Shown here piece by piece: positions 19,959-28,871 of a stretch of 64,000 nucleotides of DNA. How positions within the stretch are numbered: the stretch's first letter is position 1; every line of letters begins with the position of its first letter. The stretch covers positions 128,001 through 192,000 of the forward strand of contig JAZKFH010000019.1 of assembly GCA_040386535.1 (NCBI GenBank). The letters run 5' to 3'. The stretch is from Myxococcota bacterium (lineage in GTDB: Bacteria > Myxococcota_A > UBA796 > SXON01). Position numbers and translations under genes: made by a program. The notes beneath the pieces are model-generated. The model ran no database searches. It was not told the origin of the DNA and saw only the letters and a program-made list of their open reading frames with translations.

Positions 19959-21115
19959 TCCTGCTCAACCTCCTCTTCAACCTGCGCTCGCAGGGCCTCG
20001 GGGTGGGGTTGGGCGAGTGGATCGCCTTCCTGCGCGGCCTGTCCTCGGGGCTCGTGGAGGACCTCGACGGCCTCTACTACCTTGCCCGTGCGGTGCTGGT
20101 ACACAGCGAGGCCCACTACGACGCTTTCGATCTGGCGTTCACCGCCACGTTCAAGGGTGTCGAGTTGCCACCCAAGTTGAAGGACGCGATCTGGGAGTGG
20201 CTGCAGGATCCCAAGTTGGGGGAGGGGGAGCGCGTTCCCGGCGAGTACGAGAGTTGGGAGCAGCTCCAGGAGGAGCTCAAGAAGCGGCTCGACGAGCAGA
20301 AGGAGCGCCACGACGGCGGCAACAAGTGGGTCGGTACGGGCGGCGCCTCGCCGTTCGGCCATTCGGGCCGGAACGACCAGGGAATCCGTGTGGGCGGCGA
20401 GAGCAAGGGCCGCGGCGCGGTCCAGGTGGCCCAGGAGCGGCGCTGGGGCGAGTACCGCACCGACATGACGCTCTCCGTGCGCGACTTCAAGGTGGCGCTC
20501 TCCATGCTGCGAAACCTCGCGCGCGAGGGCCGCGAGGAGCTCGACCTCGACGGCACGATCGACAAGACCGCCAAGGGCGGCGGCGAGATCGACCTTCACT
20601 TCGCCAAGGAGCGGGTCAACCGCGTACACCTCGTCCTCCTGATGGACGTGGGCGGCTCCATGGAGCCCCACGCCGCGCTCGTGTCCCGCCTGTTCACGGC
20701 GGCCAAGGAGATGAAGGTCTTCAAGACCTTCGAGGCGCTCTACTTCCACAACGCCCCCTACCGCTTCGTCTACAAGAGCTACGCCACCTACGAGCGCCGC
20801 CTGACCGCCGATGTCATCCGCGATCTGACACCGCAGCACCGCGTGATCTTCGTGGGCGACGCCTCCATGGCCCCCTGGGAGCTCTTCAACACCGGTTTCG
20901 GCGATCCCGGGCCGAGCGGCCTCGATTGGATCCAACGTTTCTCCCGCAAGGCACCGGCCAGCGTGTGGCTCAACCCCGATCCCGCCCGCCACTGGGACCA
21001 TCCCACCGTGCGCGCCATCGGCAACGCTGTGCCCATGTTCCACCTCTCGGTCGCCGGGCTCCGGGGCGCCATCCGCAAGCTCCGCGCAGGTGGAACGCCG
21101 GGTGTAGGAGCCTGA
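19955..21115 (+). CDS. vWA-domain (CoxE-like) partner of the MoxR ATPase
   Basis: GGNKWVGTGG.SPFG, MDVGGSM, YFHN, FVGDASMAP, WLNP; GTGA overlap. Confidence 0.9.
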   Translation: MILLNLLFNLRSQGLGVGLGEWIAFLRGLSSGLVEDLDGLYYLARAVLVHSEAHYDAFDLAFTATFKGVELPPKLKDAIWEWLQDPKLGEGERVPGEYESWEQLQEELKKRLDEQKERHDGGNKWVGTGGASPFGHSGRNDQGIRVGGESKGRGAVQVAQERRWGEYRTDMTLSVRDFKVALSMLRNLAREGREELDLDGTIDKTAKGGGEIDLHFAKERVNRVHLVLLMDVGGSMEPHAALVSRLFTAAKEMKVFKTFEALYFHNAPYRFVYKSYATYERRLTADVIRDLTPQHRVIFVGDASMAPWELFNTGFGDPGPSGLDWIQRFSRKAPASVWLNPDPARHWDHPTVRAIGNAVPMFHLSVAGLRGAIRKLRAGGTPGVGA

Positions 21116-21167
21116 TCGCCGTCCGGGTGGCGGTCGGCGAGGGGATCGGTTAGAGGGCAGAGGTCTT

Positions 21168-21240
21168 TGGGGCGTCGACAAGCTGGTAAGTCAGCGGATT
21201 TTGATTCCGCCTATCGTAGGTTCGAATCCTACCGCCCCAA
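21168..21240 (+). tRNA. tRNA-Gln (anticodon TTG), no encoded CCA; probable integration site
   Basis: TGGGGCG/CGCCCCA acceptor; GCGGA-TTTTGAT-TCCGC anticodon arm; GTAGG-TTCGAAT-CCTAC T arm. Confidence 0.97.
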
Positions 21241-21334
21241 CACCTTAGATAGCCGGTTTAACGCCGGATATCTCGTCATTCAGCCCGGATGTGGCCACAT
21301 CTTGTGGCCGCTTGCTCCCGGCGGCGTTCGTGCG

Positions 21335-22540
21335 TTACGACGCGGCTTCGGGCGGCCCCAACAGCGCGACCCAGGGCTTCGCGCTCCCAGGCGCGAGGTG
21401 GGCGTACCGCTCGGTCATGCGGATCGTGGAGTGCCCGAGCTGGTCTTGGACGTGCCTGAGGGGCGCGCCGAGCATCACGAGCTGGCTGGCGAACGAGTGC
21501 CGCATCCCGTGAATCCCGATGTCGCGCAGTCCGGACGCGCTGGTGATCCGCTCCCAGGAGTGCAGCAGCGTCTCGCGCCGGAGCGGCGTGCCGTCCGCCC
21601 GCTGAAAGACCCGCTCCCCAGGGTGGCGGATACCCGAGAGCACCGCGCCTGCATCGGGGGCCAGCTCGACGAACCTCGATTTCCCGGACTTCGGCGTCGT
21701 CTCCACATTGGCGACGCGAACCTCACCGGCCTCGTCCCGCTCCGCGCCGCGAGTGATGGAGGTGCGCACCTTGATCCGCCCCTGGGCCAGCTCCAAGTTC
21801 GCCCAGCGGAGGGCGAACAGTTCCCCCTGGCGCAGGCCGGAGCGGAAGCCGAGAAGATAGAATGGATACCAGCGCGGTTCGATGATCCGGCACGTCGCAA
21901 GCCAGTGGTTGCACTCCTCCGCGGTGTAGAAGTCGAAGTCGGGTGCCGCCGCCTGCAACTTCGCCGCGCCCTTGCAGAAGTTGTGCGGAATGTGCCTCAG
22001 CCTCGCCGCGTACGAGAGCAACGAGGAGAGGCACGCGAACGTCTCGTTGAGCCACTTCGCGGCTGCCGGCTTGCCCGGACGCGTCCGCGCCTTGGCCCCC
22101 GTCCCGAACGTGCGGTTGACGGTGTGGGTCGTGGCCCAGGGAAGGTACCCATCCACCCGCTCCGCCGTGATCGCGTCGAGACGAAGCTCGCCGAAGTAGG
22201 GCATCAGCCATTCCCTGACGATCACGAGGTAAAGTCGATAGGTGCTCGGCTTTCTGTGCACACGGACGTGATCGGCCAACCAGCGTCCCGCGTAGGCGCT
22301 GAACCGCTCGGGGTCAACGCGGACGGCTTCGGAAGCGGCCGAGGATGCCCGGCGCGCCGTGTCCGCCGCGATCTCCTTCTCCGTTTCCACCCGGAGCACC
22401 CGCTCCGCGGCATCGGCCTCCCGCTGGCTGCGGAGGTTTCCCTCCAGTTTCAGCCGGACGCGCCGTGTCCCGGACGGCGCCAATGGGTCCTTGACCCGGA
22501 AGTTGCTGTACCACCCGTCCGGGCGTTCGTAGGCTGCCAT
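21335..22540 (-). CDS. int: Tyrosine recombinase (phage-type integrase)
   Basis: SGLRQGELFALRW (R), PKS (K), HGMRHSFAS (HxxR), LGHS....TERYAH (H,Y). Confidence 0.96.
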   Translation of the reverse strand: MAAYERPDGWYSNFRVKDPLAPSGTRRVRLKLEGNLRSQREADAAERVLRVETEKEIAADTARRASSAASEAVRVDPERFSAYAGRWLADHVRVHRKPSTYRLYLVIVREWLMPYFGELRLDAITAERVDGYLPWATTHTVNRTFGTGAKARTRPGKPAAAKWLNETFACLSSLLSYAARLRHIPHNFCKGAAKLQAAAPDFDFYTAEECNHWLATCRIIEPRWYPFYLLGFRSGLRQGELFALRWANLELAQGRIKVRTSITRGAERDEAGEVRVANVETTPKSGKSRFVELAPDAGAVLSGIRHPGERVFQRADGTPLRRETLLHSWERITSASGLRDIGIHGMRHSFASQLVMLGAPLRHVQDQLGHSTIRMTERYAHLAPGSAKPWVALLGPPEAAS

Positions 22541-23081
22541 TCGTGATCTCCATCTGTTGGTGTGTCCATTGTACAAGGGCCGCCAGGTCGAACCGGAGAG
22601 GGCGAGTCAGGTGCGGAACCTCCCCGTTCGCGGCCAGCGTGTAGAGGCGTGTCTTGCTGACGCCGAGGAGATCCATGGCCGCGCGGTAGCGGATCCACTC
22701 AAACGGCTTGCTCGGCGGGTGGGGCGCATGCGGAACGTCGGTGCCTCCGACGGTGGTGGAAGTGCCGGGAGGCACGTCGCGCACAGCGCCCCGGTCGCTC
22801 ACGGTCCGGTCTCCGGACGGTTCCGCGAGCGCAGGCGGGGCCGCCTGCTCGCTCAGCGTCGCGCCGCCGCTGCTTGCGGCCCAGGGGTGCGTGACGAGCG
22901 GGCGTACCTGCACGTCCACCAAGCCAGAGGCGACCTCCAGATCGGCGGCGGCGTGAGCCCGCGACCGGGCATCGTGACGGCCGTGGCCACCGTGAGGGGT
23001 TCCCGCATCGTTCCCGACGCCCGAGGGGCCATAGATATTGACGCACGGCGGATCCCGCCGTGCGTCGTTTGCGTCCGCCAT
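22314..23081 (-). CDS. Excisionase-like HTH protein; ORF tail overlaps the integrase in another frame
   Basis: FEWIRYRAAMDLLGVSKTRLYTLAANGEVPH...LRFDLAALVQW; boundaries uncertain. Confidence 0.65.
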   Translation of the reverse strand: MADANDARRDPPCVNIYGPSGVGNDAGTPHGGHGRHDARSRAHAAADLEVASGLVDVQVRPLVTHPWAASSGGATLSEQAAPPALAEPSGDRTVSDRGAVRDVPPGTSTTVGGTDVPHAPHPPSKPFEWIRYRAAMDLLGVSKTRLYTLAANGEVPHLTRPLRFDLAALVQWTHQQMEITNGSLRTPGRVVQQLPGQGPIGAVRDTARPAETGGKPPQPAGGRCRGAGAPGGNGEGDRGGHGAPGILGRFRSRPR

Positions 23082-23249
23082 GTCTTCGCTCCCGACCGCG
23101 AAGCCACGCTATGACGTTGGCTTGTTAGGCGTCAATGCGGCGCCTCTACTATTTGCCAGATGTTGGAACAACCTATGTTATTCCGCGCTCCGAATATCAG
23201 ATCGCACGCTTGGTGTCACGAAAGCGACCAAACGGAGCGAAAGTCGGTT

Positions 23250-23466
23250 TGCGCATGGAACGAATGGAGCGCGCTCCGTTGCCCGCGCTTCATTCCATCG
23301 CGCACGGCAGGGGCTACCGTTCATGGCGGATAAAGCGGATGCGAACGCCGACTCATACCCGACGCTGATACGGAATGACCCAAATGTTGATGTGCGGACC
23401 TTGGCGCGCATCTGTGCCCCGAGTAGGTTTCCGTCACGTAGGGGGTTGCATGTCTCACTGCCCTGA
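23250..23466 (+). pseudogene. Possible degenerate XRE-type HTH repressor
   Basis: RARQGLPFMADKAD...LIRNDPNVDVRTLARIC resembles the XRE helix and NPxxxTLxRI; divergent from the xis-like gene, as for 34343. Confidence 0.3.
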
Positions 23467-23581
23467 CCGGGAGGCTGTCGCGCCGCGCTTGCTTTCCGCC
23501 CAAGGAGCGCCTCATGATCACTCTTTCCTCGGCCTCCGCGAGCAGGCGATCAGGCTGGGCCTGATCCCGGAGCCTGGCCGC

Positions 23582-25351
23582 CTACCTCGCGGCGCCCCGA
23601 CCGCAACATCCTTTGTAGTTACGACCGCTTCCGCATGTGCACGGTCCGTTTCGCGCTATCCGGCGGATCACCTTGGACGGGTTCGAGGGGGCGCCGGGCC
23701 GCGGCGCGTGACCGCTGTCCGCGGCGGGGTGAAACATGAGCGGGCCCGTAGCGGTCCATCGGACCGGAAAGGTCGGCATCACCGAGAGGATCAGCGAGAC
23801 GTCGTCTTGCGTTGCCGGACCCTGGGAGGGAGATCCTCCCTGAACGCGTACGAGCGCGTCCAGGACCTCACCCATCATGGGCCACGCTTGCTCGCCCGGT
23901 CCAAAGATAAGCCAGACGCCGGCTTGTAGAACCATCCCGAAAAGGTTGTCGTAGTCCTCCGGGCGGGGAAGCGCTCCGGGGCCCGCCCGCAGGCGCCGCG
24001 CACCCTCATCGCGGATCCGCCGGATGTGCTGTAGCGCTTCGGTTCTGTCCCCGGCGTTCTCGTCCTGGTTGAGGGCGCGGATCAGAAGGGCACCGATGGC
24101 AAAGACGTCCCACGTCGCCGGATCCGCACGCAGAAGCCGGGCAGAAATCAGGATCAGCGCCGAGAAAACCTCCATGTCCGCAGCGGTTCGAAGTGCTCCT
24201 TCCGCTCGATCGATCTCGCCTCGGGATTCGAGGAGGAGATACTCGACCCACCAGGCGGGCCCGGCGCCCCCGACCTTCGCCCGCTCGATCAAGGCCAGGA
24301 TTTCGCGGCCAACGGCATCTATACGCGCATCCGGGAGCAGGAGGAGGGCGAGGTTGGCGTGCGCCAGGGGGTATCCCGCCTCGGAGGCTCGACGGGCGTA
24401 CGCGACCGCCGTGGCGTGATCGACCTCTACACCGATGCCGTTCCCGAAGATCATGGTCAGGAGGTTGAGAGCGCCGGGGTGCTCCGCCTCGGCCGCACGC
24501 TCAGCCCACCCCCGCGCCTCGGCCGGATCGCGCGGTACGAGGTTGGGGCCGCGCTCTTCGAGCAACAACACGGCGAGCTTGTACTGAGCGTCCGCCTGCC
24601 CGGCCTCGGCTGCCCAGCGGAGCTGCTGGATGGCCTCGTCGGTCTTCTCATCGAGCGGCAAGTCGAAGAGCAGGAGATTGGCGCGCTCGAACAGCGCGTC
24701 GGGATTGCTCTCATGCTCCAACGCTTGCTCAAACCATCGTAGCGCCGCGTTGAACGGCGACAAATCGAGCTGCCAGGAGCCTTCGCCCTCATGGCGGGCG
24801 CGGCGCTCAGCCTCGTCCCTTCCGCTTAGAGCCTGTTCCCGAAACCGTCTCCCGATCGCGATCATGGCGGAGGGATCGTCCTGAAAGACAGCGCGCTCGC
24901 AGACGTCGCCCCAGTGTACTGCGGGCGGCTCGACGAACGCGGCGAGCCGCCGCCGATCCGTGCCCGCGACCGCCTCCGCGTAGAGCCCGATTAGGCCGTA
25001 CAGCTTGTACAGGGCGTCGCGCGCCTCGGTGCGCGTGGGCGGGCGACCGGGACGCTGCTCCGGGTGGGCGCCCAGGTTCCCGGCGACGCGGATCTCGCGG
25101 AACACCGCCGCCGTTGGCTCGCTCAGCGCGAGCACGCCGACCAGGCGCCCCGTCTGCTCGGCCAGCGAGCAAGAGGTGCCCCGGTGGAGCTGACCCAGCC
25201 ACGCGTCTACCAGGGCGGCGAGCGCGGCGCGGATCTGCACGAGCGCGTGACCCGGGAGCAAGGCGCAAGCACGCTCGGCGTCGGTGTAGAGCGCGGCGAC
25301 GAGGGGCGGGGCCACCTCCAGGGCGGATCGGAGGGGCGGGGTGCTGGTCAT
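23582..25351 (-). CDS. DUF4145-like + Sel1 repeats + SEC-C zinc motif protein (copy 1)
   Basis: EIRVAGNLGAH; AAEAGQADAQYKLA-type Sel1 repeats; RNGPCTCGSGRNYKGCC. Confidence 0.85.
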   Translation of the reverse strand: MTSTPPLRSALEVAPPLVAALYTDAERACALLPGHALVQIRAALAALVDAWLGQLHRGTSCSLAEQTGRLVGVLALSEPTAAVFREIRVAGNLGAHPEQRPGRPPTRTEARDALYKLYGLIGLYAEAVAGTDRRRLAAFVEPPAVHWGDVCERAVFQDDPSAMIAIGRRFREQALSGRDEAERRARHEGEGSWQLDLSPFNAALRWFEQALEHESNPDALFERANLLLFDLPLDEKTDEAIQQLRWAAEAGQADAQYKLAVLLLEERGPNLVPRDPAEARGWAERAAEAEHPGALNLLTMIFGNGIGVEVDHATAVAYARRASEAGYPLAHANLALLLLPDARIDAVGREILALIERAKVGGAGPAWWVEYLLLESRGEIDRAEGALRTAADMEVFSALILISARLLRADPATWDVFAIGALLIRALNQDENAGDRTEALQHIRRIRDEGARRLRAGPGALPRPEDYDNLFGMVLQAGVWLIFGPGEQAWPMMGEVLDALVRVQGGSPSQGPATQDDVSLILSVMPTFPVRWTATGPLMFHPAADSGHAPRPGAPSNPSKVIRRIARNGPCTCGSGRNYKGCCGRGAAR

Positions 25352-25883
25352 GGGATCCCGGAGCTCCGGCTAATACGGCTTAGCTGCGACGGTGATTCAA
25401 GGTGCACGCGCCTTTCCTCGGGCGCGGAGCGCCACCGGCGAAAACGGCGATCGACTTCCCCGGTGCGCTCGAGGGCTTCGTCCATTGCGCGTACGGCCGC
25501 GCCCAGCCCCCGTGGCGGCTCGGCGCCGTCTCGATTTCAAAGAGCCGCGACTTGAAGCGGATCGAATCAAGCGTAAAGCGATCATCATTTGCAGAGTGGT
25601 GCGTCGCGCGAAAGCAGAATCGAGCGATTGTGCACTCGGTGTCGCTTTCGATCAACCGCAGCAAAGCTCCGTTCACCGCCGACTATGCTGATATCAAGGC
25701 TCAAAAAAATGCCTTCACCGACCTATTTGAGTTGGACAGCCGATTTTCTCCCAACGCGCCCTCGTCGAGCGGGATCAATCGACTTGCACGCCCAGGGCCC
25801 CCGAGGCATTGGGGTTTTGCCGGTGGGCCGAGCGACCCACATCGTGTCGCTCACCCCCCACCCGGCCTTACCAGGGAGTAGTC

Positions 25884-26078
25884 ATGTACATCGTTGGACT
25901 CCGTTCTGCCGCCAGCAAGTCCGGTCACTCGCGCGAAACCTTCCGGCGTCGGGTGGTCCGCGGGGATCTTCCCGCCTACCGCGTAGGGCGCTTGCTGCTC
26001 TTCGACGCGGAGGAGTTGGATCGCTGGGCGCGTAGCTGCGCCGTCTCCACTGCCGGCCGTACTCAGCCGCCTGCGTAG
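25884..26078 (+). CDS. Excisionase/AlpA-like DNA-binding protein
   Basis: AGGGAG RBS; SRETFRRRVVRGDLPAYRVGRLLLFDAEELDRW. Confidence 0.8.
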   Translation: MYIVGLRSAASKSGHSRETFRRRVVRGDLPAYRVGRLLLFDAEELDRWARSCAVSTAGRTQPPA

Positions 26079-26104
26079 CAGCCCGTACTCTTCTCGACCG
26101 TGCG

Positions 26105-26201
26105 CCTGCCGCGCGGCTGCGAAACACGTATCCCAGCAGCCTTAGCCCGGCCGCTCCGCTTCGGAGCGGCCCAAAGGCAGGCCGAAGGTGCGCACTTCGG
26201 C
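26105..26201 (+). ncRNA. Candidate structured RNA: three-way junction plus hairpin
   Basis: cctgcc/ggcagg closes ggctgc/gcagcc and ggccgctccg/cggagcggcc stems; then gccgaag/cttcggc. Confidence 0.4.
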
Positions 26202-26324
26202 GGCAACAAACCGAATAGCCATACCTGATCGTCGCGTCGGAGGCATGCTCCGCCGCCCCTCATCAACAAGGACCTGCCCCGTCCGCCGTCTAATGAAAGA
26301 CAGGGCAGGCCCTCCGGAGATCGC

Positions 26325-27137
26325 TTGTCCTCCTATTCTGACATCCGCCTTGCGGCAATGCAAGCCTTCCCCTTCTTGGGTCTCCCCGGCTTCGTTCGCT
26401 CCCAGCGCTTGGTAACCCTGCGAGAGCTTCCGTTCCTGTACGACGGCAAGTTGGTATTTCGGCCCGGTCTTCACGAATCGAGCGGTATCGTTCTGACCGG
26501 CACGGAAGCCTTCGAACCCGAATCGGTGACCGATCGCGATGTGGCAGTGGTCTTGGACGCGATTGCGCCGCTATACCAGTTCTGGCGATTGCACGACCGG
26601 GATGGTTTCCTTGCCGCGTGTTTCGCGCCGATGGTACTGCCGTCGCTCGGGCGCCCTTTGGGAGCGTTCGTCAATACTGGGGAGCCCGGCAAAACCAGTG
26701 TCATCGCGAACGTGTGCGCCGCGATCGCCACCGGGATGGTTTTCGAGAAGGCAATCCCCCTCATCCCGTTCCTGCGCGGCCGTCCCCCCGTCCTCTACAT
26801 GCCCGACCTTGATCTCGAGAAACCGGGGCAAGTGCAGCAGCTGCATTCGGCACTGGAACTCGGACAGTGGTCGGGCTCAGTGCTCGTCGCCAGGACGAGT
26901 TGGTCCGCCCGGGGCCGCGTCCCTCGGGCACACGTTGAAATCTGGGACGACTGGAGGTACCAGCATTGTATTGACTGGATCATCCAGAATCGCGCGGACG
27001 TCGTGAGCTGCTTGCTCCGTGTAATACAGACTTGGCTTGACGCCGGATGCCCGCGCTCGAAGTGCGCCCGCTCCGTGGGTCCCCATCCGTTGACCGCGAT
27101 CGCCGATATGGCCCGGCGCTGGCCCCAAAGCCGGTAG
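26325..27137 (+). CDS. Shorter, degenerate paralog of the downstream P-loop protein
   Basis: Shared blocks DGKL..PGL / DGTL..GGL, GEPGKT / GAGKT, WIIQNR..LLRVIQTWLDAGCP / WVLENR..LLHIVQAWLDAGRP. Confidence 0.6.
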   Translation: MSSYSDIRLAAMQAFPFLGLPGFVRSQRLVTLRELPFLYDGKLVFRPGLHESSGIVLTGTEAFEPESVTDRDVAVVLDAIAPLYQFWRLHDRDGFLAACFAPMVLPSLGRPLGAFVNTGEPGKTSVIANVCAAIATGMVFEKAIPLIPFLRGRPPVLYMPDLDLEKPGQVQQLHSALELGQWSGSVLVARTSWSARGRVPRAHVEIWDDWRYQHCIDWIIQNRADVVSCLLRVIQTWLDAGCPRSKCARSVGPHPLTAIADMARRWPQSR

Positions 27138-27224
27138 CTCCGACCGCGCGCAATCGGCAGCAACAACGTTCCGGACCGGCGGTGCCGATCACGGTCGGGC
27201 GTCCCACAATCCTTGGATTAGCAA

Positions 27225-28690
27225 TGAGCAATGACGCCTTTGGTCATCTGGTAGCACCGTACACGATCGAGTGTCTCGCGACCACCACCGACGCCGAAAT
27301 CCTGGTTCGCCTCGCTCTCGTGGCGAACACCGCGAACCCGAATCTGTGCGAGCACCAGGGCATTTTGAAGGAGGTGCGCAATGGGCGCCTCCGCGAAATG
27401 CCTGCCGGAGAGATGGAGGCCATCCTCGCCCAGCATGTCATGTTGGGTGTACCGACCCGGGAAGGGCGCGTTCTCCGCTCGGTGCCGCATCGTTACGCGC
27501 ACCACCTTCGTAATCGGCCGCACGGCTACTTCCCGCTCGTTGAGATCGTTCTCTTCGGGCCCGGCCTGCTCCCCGACGGCACGCTCGCGCTCTCCGGGGG
27601 GCTGCGCAAGGATCAGGGCGTATACGTCGATTGGAAGTATCCGCCCATCGATCCCTCGATGGTGAGCCGGGACACGATCCGGGAAGTGGTCCAGCGCCTG
27701 TTGGACTTCCCGTTTGAGTCCGAAGCGGACTGCGCCACGGCCTTCGGGGCGATGCTCACCCCGCTGACCCGCGCGGACATCCGCGGCGCGTGCCCCTTGG
27801 TGTTCGTGACCAGCACGGGGTCGGGAGCCGGCAAGACGTACCTTGCCCGTGTAATCGGCGCCATCGCCCTGGGACGCGACCCGGAGGTACGTGGCCTCAC
27901 CGCGTGGAACGCGGAGGCAAGCCGCGAGTTGCATACCTACCTCCTCTCGGATCCTCGCATCCTGCTCCTCGACAACCTGCCCACGGGCGGCACCGTCGGG
28001 GGCGCTGACCTCCATAGGCTCATCAGCGCGACCAGCGAGATCGGCCTCCGTCCGATGGGCTCGGGCAAGGAGCGCTTCGTGCTCCCGCGGGCTCTGTGGG
28101 TCGCCACCGCCAACCATGCCTCGATCGACGACGAGATGGTCCGGCGGACGGTCTTTGTCCGGCTGCGGTGCGAACGCGGGCGCCCGCGGCTGACGCCGGA
28201 CCTCATCGCCTGGGTCCTCGAGAACCGCGCCCTCGTGCTCGCGGTGCTTCTCCACATCGTACAGGCGTGGCTGGACGCCGGCCGGCCGGGACCGTCGCGG
28301 AGCCGCCCTGGCTTCGACGAGTGGTCCGCTGTCGTGGGCGGCATCGTGGAGCACGCAGGGCTTCCTGGGTGGCTGGCCGTCGAGAATCACCCGGTCTCCG
28401 AGGAGAACAACGAGATCGCGGAGATGCTCCGGAGCTGGCCCCAGGCCGTCGGCGCCTTTGCCGAGCTGCGCCCGCACGGTGCCTATAAGCACGTCAAGGA
28501 GCGCGGCCTCTACGTCCTTGCCGCGCGCTTGGAAGAGGGCGTACATAGCCCGCGTTCGATCGATACGAATACTGGCAGGTTTCTTACCCTGCTTGTCCGG
28601 TCCGGTCGGGGCTACGGCGGGCTCCGCCTTAGCGAGCGGACCGGGCACGCGGGCCGCTTCTACAAGCCGGTTCCCGAAGGTTCGCCGTAG
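27225..28690 (+). CDS. P-loop NTPase, probable replication helicase of a mobile element
   Basis: Walker A GSGAGKT, Walker B ILLLDN, ATAN sensor, MVRR; no primase domain recognised. Confidence 0.7.
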
Positions 28691-28721
28691 ATATAGCCAC
28701 TATGATCCAAGGTTTCACCAA

Positions 28722-28841
28722 CCATGGTGAACCTGGTGAACTTGGTGAACCTCTAAAGCCATTGTCGAATCGGTATTGCTTTGGCTTCTCTCTGTAGGTT
28801 TTTTGGGGGGGGGGCAGAAAGGTTCTCCAGGTTCACCATGG
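28722..28841. repeat. Origin-like region: tandem GGTGAAC x3 and a 15-bp perfect inverted repeat around an AT-richer spacer with T6/G10
   Basis: ccatggtgaacctgg (28722-28736) versus ccaggttcaccatgg (28827-28841). Confidence 0.7.
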
Positions 28842-28871
28842 GCTCGCATCCTGCTAAGGAGTCGGAATATT

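Noticed and set aside
25380..25881. ORFs in the lower-GC gap before the xis gene
   Set aside because: No motif or codon bias to choose a frame; more likely regulatory DNA
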